Source: Octopus bimaculoides
Lineage: Eukaryota
NCBI RefSeq assembly: GCF_001194135.2
Contig: NC_068987.1
Location: 51,072,825 to 51,105,845 of the forward strand
Length of the DNA: 33,021 bases
Direction of reading: 5' to 3'
The translations under genes were made by a program, and so were the position numbers. Shown here one piece after another: positions 10,881 to 23,144 of the stretch. The first letter of the stretch is position 1, and the number at the start of each line of letters is the position of its first letter. The notes under the pieces were generated by a model, which had not been told where the DNA came from, did not search any database, and worked only from the letters and a program-made list of their open reading frames with translations.

Positions 10881-12105
10881 CTTATCTTGACTGTCCACAA
10901 CGGCCACATACAGAAGCAAAGGATGAGACAACACAGAAGACAGTGAGGATTTACATATAGTGCGTGTAAAGAGTAAATAATCCATAACAATTAACACTAC
11001 AAATGCAAACAATAAAATGAGTAAGCCCCACCCAGAGCCAACCAAGGAACTCCACACAGGCTGGAGATCCCGTGTGCCAAGGGAACCTTAGGCGGGAACC
11101 TCTCTCCTCTCTGTTTCCCTCCGCCCTATAGGTGCATGATTAAAAGAGGCCCATTCATACGGGCCATCCTTCTTACATTCACTTGCCTTTCAACAGAAAT
11201 ACTGGGATACCGAGAGGCAGCACTTTCTTTTCCAAACTCAGTTTCATTTTCAAGTGGATCTTGAAAAATTGATGAGGGCTTCACCGAAGACGAAAGTATC
11301 TGTTTTCGGTCCTTTCAGCCTCGTCCACTACATTACCTCTTTCACCATAACCATCAGGCAGAAGAAAACTGCCTTCCCTTCCCTTCCCGGCCAAAAAAGC
11401 AAAAAAAGCGGCAGAGCTGTATTCACAATGGACTCGGCTGATAACCTGATCCGTTCTACACGCGTCAACGGCTGATCGACAAACCTCCACAAATCAGGTT
11501 GATTACCCAATGTTTCTATAATGTAACGCAGGAGGTAGAGGTTTTCGTGGATAGATCTGTTTAGGATCCTGCTTGTCTGCGAGTGACCGACCAGTTTATC
11601 GATAAAAAGCATCAAAATCTTCGCGAACTCCTTGGCCAAAATCTTGTAATCTGCGTTCAACAGAGTTATGGACAAAAATGATCTTTTTGGACCCCTCCTT
11701 GTTCGGTTTCCTTCTCAGGAGCACCACTGCGTCACAGCTCACATCATTGAGAATTCTACCGTTCTGCTGCTTGTTGTGAAAGATATCTGTCAAAAGATCA
11801 CCGAACAAGTCTGGCATATGAAGGTAAACCTCGAGGACTGACAATCCAGCCCGGAGACTTCTCCACTGTGCAGCAAGACATAACCTCTAATATGTTTTCG
11901 GCTGTTATCAGAATTTCGTAGAACTGTGCAAACATGTTTGAAAGGCGTGGCATGCCGCCGAGCAAGAAGGTGAAATCCACCTCCGTTTTCGATTTACCTC
12001 GCACTTCGTACAGTTCGGCAAAGAGCTGTTTCATTAAATTCCACACACGTCAGCTTGGATTCAAGTAGCATACGATACTATCTAGGTCGACTGTACAGAT
12101 CACAA
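10881..12105 (-). mobile_element. Tx1/L1-clade LINE fragment with an internal deletion (RT domains 0-2 fused to the ORF2 C-terminus) + 3' UTR
   Basis: EKSPG(LDC), (P)ITLLNADYKILAK, QTSRILNRSIHENLYLLRYIIE, then directly DLWRFVDQPLTRVERIRLSAES...KEVMWWTRLKG. The UTR ends in an (ATT)n tail. Confidence 0.9.
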
Positions 12106-12929
12106 ATATGTGTGTAGCCGACGATTTTGAACTTTGCATAACTTATGCTAATTCTATTTACAGACTTACAATTACTTTATCTACGTACGATCTGGAAGAC
12201 CCGATGCTGTTTGCCCATATCCACATTGGCGTATTCGTGAAATCCAGTCGGTGTCTACCTGCGAATTGGCAGATTCCGGGAGTAACAAGTGAAACGTAAA
12301 AATAAAGTTAATTATTTGATAAGTGGGCGCTGACTAGATAATGTTTTATAGTGTTTTTTCAGCTTCTGTTGATTTCTTTAAGAAAACATCTCTTATGTAT
12401 GTATGTGTATATATATATACGCATATAAATATATAACGTTTAATTAGTTTCCTACAAGATTTTTTAACTAAATTCTGATTAGCTATATGTATTACCGTCT
12501 ACTCGAAAATTATCACGTACAAGTATGTCCTCTTCAGCCAAATAAATTAACTCCAATTTTTTTAAAGAGAAAGACAGTCGTCATATAAACATGGAAACCC
12601 TAACGGAGCGACTAGCTGCTCATATTCTACAGCAACGAAATTAACGGTTAGCTACATCAGTATTTAAATGAATAGCAACGGCAGTAGAGAGAAGACGGAG
12701 AAAACACGGACGAATATGTAATAATAGATTGAGAATACAGGATAAGAACTGCAAGCCGATGGTTAAGCATAAACGGATGGGCTAACCAACACCTTATTCA
12801 TCCGATCACTATACAATATGCTTCATGAATTTATTAACGAAACAATTTAGCAATTAGCATCTCTGTGTTTATGCAACACTGCTACGAAATAATAATATTG
12901 ATCTATATTTGTAAATTACACATACGCAT

Positions 12930-13094
12930 AGAAACACAACACACACTCACGCACACACACACACAAACACACACACACACACACACACACACCCACACTC
13001 ACGCACATGAGTATATGTGCCTATGTATGTATATANNNNNNNNNNNNNNNNNNNNNNNNNNNNNNNNNNNNNNNNNNNNNNNNNNNNNNNNNNN

Positions 13095-13147
<53 letters not shown>

Positions 13148-13791
13148 ATATTAGTATGTGTATGTATGTATATCTATCTATATATATATATACTTAGGTA
13201 CACACACACACATACACACACGCACACACACACACCTACAACTATACAATATGCGCGTATATATGTATTTATGTATACATGTATGCATGCAAGCATATAT
13301 ATGTATATGTATTGCAAATCAATATTACTGTTCCGCCGAATAATCTAGAAAATATGGCTTTCTGTAATAAAGAATTATCGATTTAGTGTTAATCTTTTGA
13401 AGTATACCATCTACCATCGGTAGAGTTAATATATAGAATTAATTGATTGCTTTAATTTCCATTAATACAAAGTTCAACAGGTATGACGTAGGTTGAGAAT
13501 AGAAAAGTTGTTTGAGAGATAACTATTGCCAAGAAATGACGTGTCTTGAGTAATTTCGCATTCTTGCTTCACAAACTCACAAACAATATATACAAACTTG
13601 CACACAGACATACACGCACTCAAACGCACAAACACACAAACACACAAACACCCCCACACAAACACACACATATAAGTATATTTCTATGTTTATATGAGTA
13701 TGAGTATGCGTGCGTATGTATGTATGTATGTTATGTGTGCATGTGTGTGTTAGTGGCTGCGTGTATGCATGAGTGTAAATGCGTGTATGCA

Positions 13792-13826
<35 letters not shown>

Positions 13827-14117
13827 ATTCTATATCTATACATGTACAGAAACATACATACGTGTGTTTGTGTGTGTGTTCGTATATATTTATATATATA
13901 CATGTGTATATATATATGCATTTGTGTGTGCATATATATGTGTATGCATCTGTGCATTTGTATGTATATAATTACAAATTTCCTAATTAGGTTAGATTTC
14001 CTGAGAGAAGATAAATATTGATTTTTCAGGGTGTGTGCTCCTTCACATACACGTGCACGTACACGCGTATATATACATACATACACACACACACACACGC
14101 ACACACACACACACACG

Positions 14118-14174
<57 letters not shown>

Positions 14175-14285
14175 GTTATATATGAGTGTGCGTGTGCGTT
14201 TGGGTATTGATATATATATTCATACACACTTACACACACATACGCACACACATATATACACCTACATATATACCTATATATAAAG
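12930..14285. repeat. Large compound CA/TA/TG microsatellite field with the N gap at 13036-13094
   Basis: Directly visible; source of the HT/YI/CV ORFs. Confidence 0.95.
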
Positions 14286-14545
14286 ATGCATATTCTTGAT
14301 TATGCATTTCTATACTTAGCACTGTCTGTGTGCACGGCTGTGTTTGGTTGTGTGTGCTATCAAGAACATTCATTAAAGTTGTGTCAAACTGTCCTAGAAA
14401 TTAAAGAATTCTGTAATCAAGAAATATTGATTATTATTTATTTATTTATTGAAGTATCCTCTATATCGGTGCATATTTAATATATAGAATTAATTGATTA
14501 CCATAACTTTTATATATTCAAAGTTCAATAGATATGAGTTGTTGG
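13345..14545 (+). repeat. Diverged ~160-bp direct repeat pair (13345-13500 and 14394-14545)
   Basis: Identical 23-mer TTAATATATAGAATTAATTGATT at 13426 and 14477, with colinear flanks (CTAGAAA, TTCTGTAAT.AAGAA, TTGAAGTAT, ATCGGT, CAAAGTTCAA.AG.TATGA). Confidence 0.85.
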
Positions 14546-14667
14546 GTCGAAACAATCAAAGGCATTTTTTCCATATATTTATTTAGCAATGAATTACCTT
14601 GAATACAATCAAACAAAGCACGTGTTATACTATGAAAGCGTTTGACTATATTGAGCAACACTATATA

Positions 14668-15078
14668 CTCTTTGCTCTCTCTTTTACTCTTTTTCTTGTT
14701 TCAGTCATTTGACGGTGGCCATGCTGGAGCACCGCCTTTAGTCGAGCAAATCGACCCCAGGACTTATTCTTTGGAAGCCTAGTACTTATTCTATCGGTCC
14801 CTTTTGCAGAACCGCTAGGTTACGAGGACGTAAACACACCAGCATCGATTGTCAAGCGATGTTGGGGGGACAAACACAGATACACAAACATATACACACA
14901 TATATATATATACATATATACGACGGGCTTCTTTCAGTTTTCCGTCTACCAAATCCGCTCACAAAGCTTTGGTCGGCCCGAGACTCTAGTAGAAGACACT
15001 TGCCCAATGTGCCACGCAATGGGACTGAACCCAGAACCATGTGGTTGGTAAGCAAGCTACTTACCACACAGCCACTCC
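14668..15078 (-). mobile_element. Near full-length tRNA-derived octopus SINE with an internal TA/TG microsatellite
   Basis: A box TGGCTGTGTGG (15063-15073 rc), B box GGTTCAGTCC (15022-15031 rc), CORE-like TTGGGCAAGTGTCTTCTA, internal microsatellite, and a 3' tail ...ACTGAAACAAGAAAAAGAGTAAAAGAG. Confidence 0.9.
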
Positions 15079-16034
15079 AAATTCTTGACATATCACACGC
15101 TTCAACTTCCGACACGAAAATGTTAGGTGGAAAGCTACAAATCTTCTCACATGTGTATGTATGCTGCATACTTATATTACTGTTGATTTCTACGTTATAA
15201 TCAAAACAATTTTACATNNNNNNNNNNNNNNNNNNNNNNNNNNNNNNNNNNNNNNNNNNNNNNNNNNNNNNNNNNNNNNNNNNNNNNNNNNNNNNNNNNN
15301 NNNNNNNNNNNNNNNNNNNNNNNNNNNNNNNNNNNNNNNNNNNNNNNNNNNNNNNNNNNNNNNNNNNNNNNNNNNNNNNNNNNNNNNNNNNNNNNNNNNN
15401 NNNNNNNNNNNNNNNNNNNNNNNNNNNNNNNNNNNNNNNNNNNNNNNNNNNNNNNNNNNNNNNNNNNNNNNNNNNNNNNNNNNNNNNNNNNNNNNNNNNN
15501 NNNNNNNNNNNNNNNNNNNNNNNNNNNNNNNNNNNNNNNNNNNNNNNNNNNNNNNNNNNNNNNNNNNNNNNNNNNNNNNNNNNNNNNNNNNNNNNNNNNN
15601 NNNNNNNNNNNNNNNNNNNNNNNNNNNATATATATATATATATACATTATATGCATGCATGTTTGTGTGAGTGTGTATGTATTTGTATGTGTGTGTGTCT
15701 AGAAGCAGTTGCGATGAGTGCATGACAAATTACCAAATAATGCGGGCCCACAGAATTATATCTGAGTCTACTTTAAACTCCCGTAGCCTAATAATGCAGC
15801 CAGTGGAGTATCAATACAGGTAGATGGAAGGACCGCGTATAATTTAAAAGAATGACCGCAGATCTATGTATTCAGTATAGATTATTGATTATCGACGGCT
15901 GAAACGATGTACTGAAATAATTGAACTGCCAACAATCTGCTTTGAAATTAACTATGTATGTGTATAAAGGCCTACTGCTGGCCTTGTTATGTCTACTGTG
16001 CTGCATCTTCTCATAATCGTCAGTAGATCTTCTA

Positions 16035-16915
16035 GCATATATATACTTGTCACTATTATAATAATTATTTTTATTATAATTATAATCCTTGTTCCTATTC
16101 TTATTCATAAACCTCTTCTTATCATCGATGTGTTTATTAATATTATTACCGCTGTTTTAATTTTCCTTGCTCATGCTGCTAGTATCTCTAGTATCCATTC
16201 CACACCTACGTTCAACCTATCATTTCCAACACCACCGTTTCTATTGCCATAACCCCTTCCCCGACGACAACCCCCACCCACTATTATTACACTTATATTA
16301 CATTTCCCACTATCACTATTTATTCCGCATGTAGTTAGAGTTACACCTAGTATCAATATTATTTTGGTTTCAGATATTATAATCCTGTCAGGCACAGTTG
16401 AATTTATACGCTTCTAATTACTTTAATCTACGAGCGTTGTGGGACAATATTATTTGTGCAAGGTTCCGTGTAGTAGAATGATCAAATCTCACAGAGTGCC
16501 CGTTAAACAACCTCCCTTATCTAGTCGACGGAGGCAAATATTATCAAGGGCCGCGAAACATTTCCTCGTGATATTAGCTGCAATTTGGAATCAAAATGTA
16601 TCTTTGAGCCAGATAGTTTTCGTAGATTTTTCTTTCTTTTTTATGTGGTAGGAATTTATAGCTCTATTTTTCCTTCCCCAATTGTGCTGTTTACGTTTAC
16701 TCTTATCAACTTTGTAATTATAACTATTCTTATGACCGTCGATGTATCTACTTCCATTATTTACTTCAATTATAATCATGTTAGCATTATATCTATCGTT
16801 CTTGTGGGGTCGTTTAGGTTTATCTTCGGTGTATCTGAGACACTAGTTTTCAATTGTTCCTTGCTATTGTATCACATTATCGTATGTGATCTGCTATTTT
16901 TGGTGGAGGTGGGGT
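16035..16915. repeat. Decayed trinucleotide (ATT/ATC/ACC-derived) low-complexity sequence
   Basis: Cryptic triplet periodicity gives poly-I/N-rich pseudo-ORFs. Confidence 0.65.
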
Positions 16916-17029
16916 GACACCCAATTTTCCGACGTCCCTACTATAACATGATATTTGGTATTTAATTTCTTATTGTATATTTTGCCCCTACATGTAACGG
17001 GAAATAGATACAATGTTATATAAATGAAA

Positions 17030-17403
17030 TATCTCGAGAAAAACAGTCTACGAATGCACAGTAGTAACCCATCATAACACAGTTACATAAGATATTGAGC
17101 AACGACCTTTAAGTTTCAATGTTTCAACTATATCTCGTTAGTTAAACTTAAAAATAAGAAAACTCGACAACACTTAGCAATCTAATTTGACAACTTAGGA
17201 GACACTAAACTAAATATGAGTTAGAATGGTCGATTCTAAGTAGAGCAAAACCATTTGAAATAGGACGAACGAGATGCAAGCTTTGCTTAGAGGTGTCACT
17301 ACAAATACGTACGTCAGAGAGTAAGCTAATTTACCGTAGACAGGAATTAGCGACATGCAGGAAGAATTTCTATAGTAAATCCCTCAGGCGGTTCCCTAGA
17401 TAA
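17030..17403 (+). mobile_element. Penelope-like element, C-terminal GIY-YIG endonuclease remnant
   Basis: VYECTVVT...YI(R)...TTFK...NSTTLSNLI*QL...KY then the uninterrupted ELEWSILSRAKPFEIGRTRCKLCLEVSLQIRTSESKLIYRRQELATCRKNF...* (17218-17403). This matches the PLE pattern WxI..A..CxLCLxE..LNxRxE..CRH. Confidence 0.8.
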
Positions 17404-17600
17404 CTTTAATCTTATAATGAGAGATAGGTATGATGCCTCTAGGATAAATGCAAATCATCTAATATATATATATATATATATATANNNNNNNNNNNNNNNN
17501 NNNNNNNNNNNNNNNNNNNNNNNNNNNNNNNNNNNNNNNNNNNNNNNNNNNNNNNNNNNNNNNNNNNNNNNNNTATATATATTAGATGATTTGCATTTTT

Positions 17601-17630
17601 CAAATATTTTCAAATATTTTCAAATATTTT
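17601..17630 (+). repeat. Tandem repeat (CAAATATTTT)x3
   Basis: Directly visible. Confidence 0.9.
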
Positions 17631-19352
17631 CTAATTTTGTATTTTTCTTCAATATTAAAATTTTATTGTTTTTTAATTTCATTTGATTTTTAAGGATAAA
17701 TTTAAGGTAAGTTATACAAACGCACGCGCGCATATACACACAAACATTCACACGCACACACATACACACACACACTCATTGCTGATCATAGCTTAACCCT
17801 TCCTTTCTTCATTCTTCCATTGCGTGCTCACCTCTTTTCTGTGTTCCTTTTCTTCTCTTACCTTTAGCTCCTCTTTTTCCAGCTCATAATTCTTCTTCTT
17901 TTTCCTCTGTATCTCTCTTCCACTCACTTCATACTTATTGCCACTGTTCACTCCCCTTCCCATTTATGTATTGTTCTCCATCATTGTTTTGCTTGTTTCT
18001 CACAAGATCACAATAGATTCTGATAACGGCACAATTAATTCTCTGTCATTCAATTTTTCTCAACAGACAAATGGACCCACTGAGTAAGCCGATCAATAAT
18101 GAACCTATAATGATTAACGGAAACAGCAATAAGTCAAATTTTCTACAATAAAGGAATATTTAATGACCATTATTTAAGCCTTGTCTTGTATATCACTGTG
18201 AAAAAGACGAGTATAACTGGGGCTACAACCATAGATTAACAATATAGAATGTTGATGAATAATATAACCTCGGCCCCTGCCACAAGAATACCCGGATTTA
18301 TTTACTAATCAAAAAAAAATCTTTTTAGCTTGGCATATTAGCAGAGAGATTATAGGTATTTTGCCCGGATTGATAATTCCTCATTAATGAGAGCGTTTTC
18401 ATGTAAACGTGTCATTTCGGCTCCTCTATTTCTGCAAAAACTAAAATTACCATAGATTGTTTTCTCTGTAACAAGATGACGACACCAAATATTTCACAAA
18501 GCAATCAGTTAGAATGGGTTTTCTATATTTTACAAACAATTATTACTTTCTCATTAATTTTGACCGAATATACGCGGACATAATAATGTGCGAAACACGC
18601 CTTGGAATTGAATATCCTCTAACATTCCAAAATAAAAAGGCTGAAATTTCGTATAAATTTATAAAAGTAAAATGAATCTGCCACAATATAATATATCACC
18701 TGAGAAGCTAAAGCCATTGACTCATGTGTTAACGTGATCTTGGAATCAGGGTACTAAACTCATAAATAGCATGAAAACGTTATATGCATAAAATTATGAA
18801 TTTTTTAAGGTGCTAAATAATCCTAGTTATTAATCGATGGAATATAGTTAATTGAATATCAACAATTCTTAATTGCTCACATTTTGTGTTTAAAGATATT
18901 TTATATTGTGATGAATGATTTCAACAGAAAAATTATTGTTTAATCATTACAGAAAAAATATAAGCCTGACCGAAGCAAGTTTTTATTATTTTATATCATC
19001 TTCCTTTGAGAATGTTGAGATACATTTCCGATAGTAGTTTCATTCGGTACATTCCAATCCTTAAATACATGAAACAAATAATTTATTTCTTGCAGATATT
19101 GGTGAAATAATACAAAAATCAAGCACGAAATATGTGTATGTTTCTCTTGATTGTATGTGGTCAACAGTATGCATTAATAGGACGTTAATGCTTTTGATAC
19201 AGAAAATGCTATTGATGAGTTGATGAGTTTTCTGAGAGATTCGTGATGGCAGTCAGGTGTAATGATAAACTCGTGTACCTTAGAAATTCTGATTAAATAA
19301 TCAGCTCACAGAGACATTACTTCTGCACTTCGGCAGTGAATAATAGGAGACT

Positions 19353-19383
<31 letters not shown>

Positions 19384-19485
19384 CATACATACATACATAC
19401 ATACATGCATTCATACATACAGACATACGTACATAGATACATATACATACATACATACATACATACACATGCGTATACATATATT
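19353..19485. repeat. (CATA)n microsatellite
   Basis: Directly visible. Confidence 0.95.
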
Positions 19486-19698
19486 CATTGATAGTCAACT
19501 AATTAATTAGATGCATGAGAAATTGCACTGAGCTAATGGACAAGGTGTCGCTCTTCTTCTGACACTGGCGTTGTGTATATTGTATTAAAAACTGATAAAA
19601 CGTTAATGGTCTATTTATCTGACAACACAGATATAGGCGAGTTTGGCAATGAGAAATAAATGAATTAATACAGAGATAGATAGATAGGAGGTATAAGT

Positions 19699-20961
19699 AA
19701 ATAAGAGAGAAATGGAGAGAAAGGGTGATTCGTTGGTAAGCATTAAACGAATTGGATGCTGATAACAATTTAGTTAAATTAGGGTGACGTAATGTATCCG
19801 CCTACAGACAATCTAATACAGAAATGAAAAATAAAACTTCTTTATGAGATTTGTGTTACATAGATTTCAGTCTTGTGGCAATTCTACTCCCCTTGCATAC
19901 AATCACTGTTTCTTTTACATTAGTATGCAACTTATCGTTCATTTCAGCCGCAATGTGTCTTATATCTGGTTAATTTTATGATTATAAAGCATTAGAGGAA
20001 TATTTATGCCATCATAAAGTTTAGAATATTAATCATTAAAGCAAATGTTTGACATTGAAGATGGCAGACAGTTAATATTTTTGTCTTAGATGTCGATAAT
20101 AAGCGTGGGTTAAATTTTAATAACTTCTCAGTCCACTTATATCACTATTTTACTCCGGAAATATATGGACACCCATTATCTCTTTTCCTTCCACTGAAAA
20201 TTGCATACATCATGCCGTTCGAGTAAAGATTGCTATTTTTATGAACATTTTCTGCCACATCGCTATGTATATTATCTATGATTATATTAAAGAGAGATAT
20301 TCATGCAGTCCTTTCAACTGCCATACTGCATTTCGATTGTCATTCGATCATAAATCCGTTGTTTTGACTCGATCTACGTACATACAGCTACTCGATACAT
20401 ATAACATGGATATATATTTAGCTAATCGAAGTTGATAACATTGGAAGTAAACTCCAACATTTTGCAAGGTAGAAATTCCTAGGACAGTACACTCCTGCCT
20501 TGATATAGTTCAACTGCTTTTTCGCTGTTAAAATACTATTTACCACTAGAAATTAATATTAGAATTTACTGAGAATAAAATAGATTGTGATATTAATGCA
20601 TTTCCTAAAGATCTTCGCATAGTAAACTCAATAAGAAGGAAACAGAGGGTTAAATGTTTACTCTAAGCTTACCACGTGGTTAGACCTTCATCACTAAAGA
20701 AATATAGAAATTTGTTAGGGTGATGCGTTTCCTAGAATAAACTAAGAATCAAATACAAATATAATTATTGCAATAGTTAATAAGGCACAGATTATATTTG
20801 AAGCTCGAAGAAAACTATTTTCCACCGGTTTCGTTGTCGTAGTAAAAACTGAAACATAAATCAATTTAGTACGTTACAATATACAAAATTTGTGTGTGAA
20901 AAGTAATCAGATGAAATAAGAGAGAAATGGAGAGAAAGGGTGATTCGTTGGTAAGCATTAA
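19699..20961 (+). repeat. Perfect 48-bp direct repeat (19699-19746 and 20914-20961)
   Basis: AAATAAGAGAGAAATGGAGAGAAAGGGTGATTCGTTGGTAAGCATTAA is identical at both sites. Confidence 0.97.
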
Positions 20962-23144
20962 TCAGAGACAGAGTGTATATCATATCAGAAACCTGCCTAA
21001 ACTGATTGCTTTCGCATTTATAACATATTGTTCTGAAAAGTATATTGGGAATATATTAAACAGAAACATATTTACATGAATAACTACATACAAACATAGA
21101 TGCGTTCATGTTTTGACCAAGGGAGGATTGAATCCAAAACGTAGGGAAACGCAACCATTACCACAAAAAAGCTATCCTATACTCTAATGACACTGCTAAT
21201 AGGCTGCCTTCAAGAATTGACACATGGACAGCATTGATACTTTATAAAGTGCGAAAGGTTGAAACGCAATTTTGATCCTGGCAATACTTGAACTCAGAGT
21301 GAAAAAATCTGGAAGTATTACCACAAATCAATATAGTCGATGCCCTAAAAACTCTACCAATTGGTTCTTATTTCGTGTAAGTCTAAGCAATCTATTTGGG
21401 AATTACCGTAAGTGTTTATTAGAGGCATCAACCAAATCTTTTGACAATTTTCCAACATTATTTCACTGTAACATTGTTCCCATTGATTCATATTGTTTTC
21501 TATAAGCAATATCAAATTTCTTATTCGTCGTTCTTCTGGAGTAAATGATCCAAACCATGTTCTAACATATGCTACAAAGACACTTAAATCTTTAGTATCT
21601 TAAATGTTTATAATGGAAGCTAGATATTCTAAATCTTCTGCACAAACAATTGTATCTTCATTTATAGTTTCAAATTTCATGATAGAAGAATATATTTCCT
21701 CTTGTTATTGTTGAAAACGTGCTTACTACTTTTTAAACAACTTTATTGGAAAATCATGCAAATATCGAATAAGTGACTTCTCCATTGACCTTTAAACGTA
21801 AGTCAAAACTTAGTGGAAATGATGGAAGTGGTGTCAGAGGTGATAGCAGTTCCGATGGCATGGGTAGTGTCGCTTGTCTGAATTACTAAATTAAACCATG
21901 TATTACAATAGCCAGAATATTAACGTAGGTAACTGACGTCATCCACTTGTTTAAGATACTACTTTGTGTTACATTAATATATTTATAGACCGTCTACTTT
22001 CTCCACAAACTTACATATAATAGTTTTACAGTTTATTAATGAGTAAAACTATTTTAGTATGTCATTCAGACAAGTGTTGTTAGTATGACTCACTGACCAT
22101 GACAATATATAATGACAAAAGTTAGTTTTATCTAAATATTATTGCGGAAGAGAAACAAAAAGACACAGGGAGATATATATTTTAAAAAATTGTAAGATTG
22201 TTGGATCAGATGCATAAGGAACAAAGCCTGTACTGGATTCGATTCTGCTCTTTCTTTCACTCTTTCTATTTGTCTCTCTGACATGCTTCCTTCTTAAATC
22301 AGCTGTATTCTGACTAGGAGAGGGATGGGCTCCATCAAGATTTAAAATGCTTAAGACTCATTGTATGTCACGACGTTGCACCTTCAATGCCATCAAAGAG
22401 TTACAAGCTCAAGGCTGAGTAAGTTGCACGAAATATAGGATCAGTAAATGCTTGTTCAAATCGAGCGACGATGTGAACCAAAAGATTCTGGACTCACCCC
22501 GATGGCTCAATGTTTCTCCAGACGGCAAAAGTGAACTATATTTGCACAACGGGCTGAAACCATTGTGATTTTGTAACCAAAATATGCCACATACATCGAA
22601 AATGTATGAAAAATTATAAATACCTGCATCTCAGCTCTGATGATAAATGCACATATATACCAATAATCATTGGTGCACTTAGTAAATATCTAATCTACAA
22701 GCGGGAAAGGCTACTAATGAAAGGATCTGGCTAACAGGAAGTTTACAGATACAATCAGTGAGTGATACCATGTGTAAGACATGCCTACATTTCAATAACC
22801 AATGTTAGGAAATTATAAATTATTATGTGAAGTAAACAGGAAAAGTTTTCATGCTGCACTGTAAGGGTGAAGTCCATTGTTAAAATGGGGGACTCTATAG
22901 TTATTAGCCGAAACTGAAACTGACAAATGGGCTACACCCTGGGAAACTTTATAAATAAAGATAATCCCCCCACCAATTTTTGTGACAGCTTTGTTCAATT
23001 GGATTCTGGAAGCTATTGTTGCCTGTTTAGTTTATGCACTTTGTGCTTTGTGTCAGGCATTTATAGATTTATTTTGTGCTCCAGGAATTAGCCAGAACTT
23101 CTGTCAAATTTAAAATAATTTCTGTGTCACATCTGGGTCCAAAG

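Larger units (their letters stand above)
765..17573. other. Six assembly gaps: 765-774, 6282-6550, 7248-7291, 13036-13094, 15218-15627, 17485-17573
   Basis: N runs; each has (TA)n on at least one edge. Confidence 0.99.

Noticed and set aside
12164-12306. Plus-strand terminal exon (TYNYFIYVRSGRPDAVCPYPHW...*) followed by AATAAA
   Set aside because: Unrecognised peptide, no upstream partner exon, and it overlaps the minus-strand candidate.
15000-15078. tRNA gene (A and B boxes present; similar heads at 6760, 7010 and 31781)
   Set aside because: No cloverleaf or acceptor stem, and the sequence continues into SINE bodies.
17404-17445. Hammerhead ribozyme at the Penelope 3' end
   Set aside because: A stem-II-like AGGT/GCCT is present, but neither CTGANGA nor GAAA is intact; no convincing core was found elsewhere in the window.
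6170-17686. Long ORFs containing X runs (6170, 6232, 15161, 15190, 15201, 17417 and others)
   Set aside because: Their length comes from N gaps.
18067-18083. 17-nt micro-exon (TTTTTCTCAACAG ... GTAAGC)
   Set aside because: Not a multiple of 3, and such motif pairs arise by chance in 33 kb.
22303-22418. Plus-strand exon with a strong polypyrimidine tract and GTAAGT donor
   Set aside because: Stops in all three frames from the best acceptor, and there is no expression evidence.
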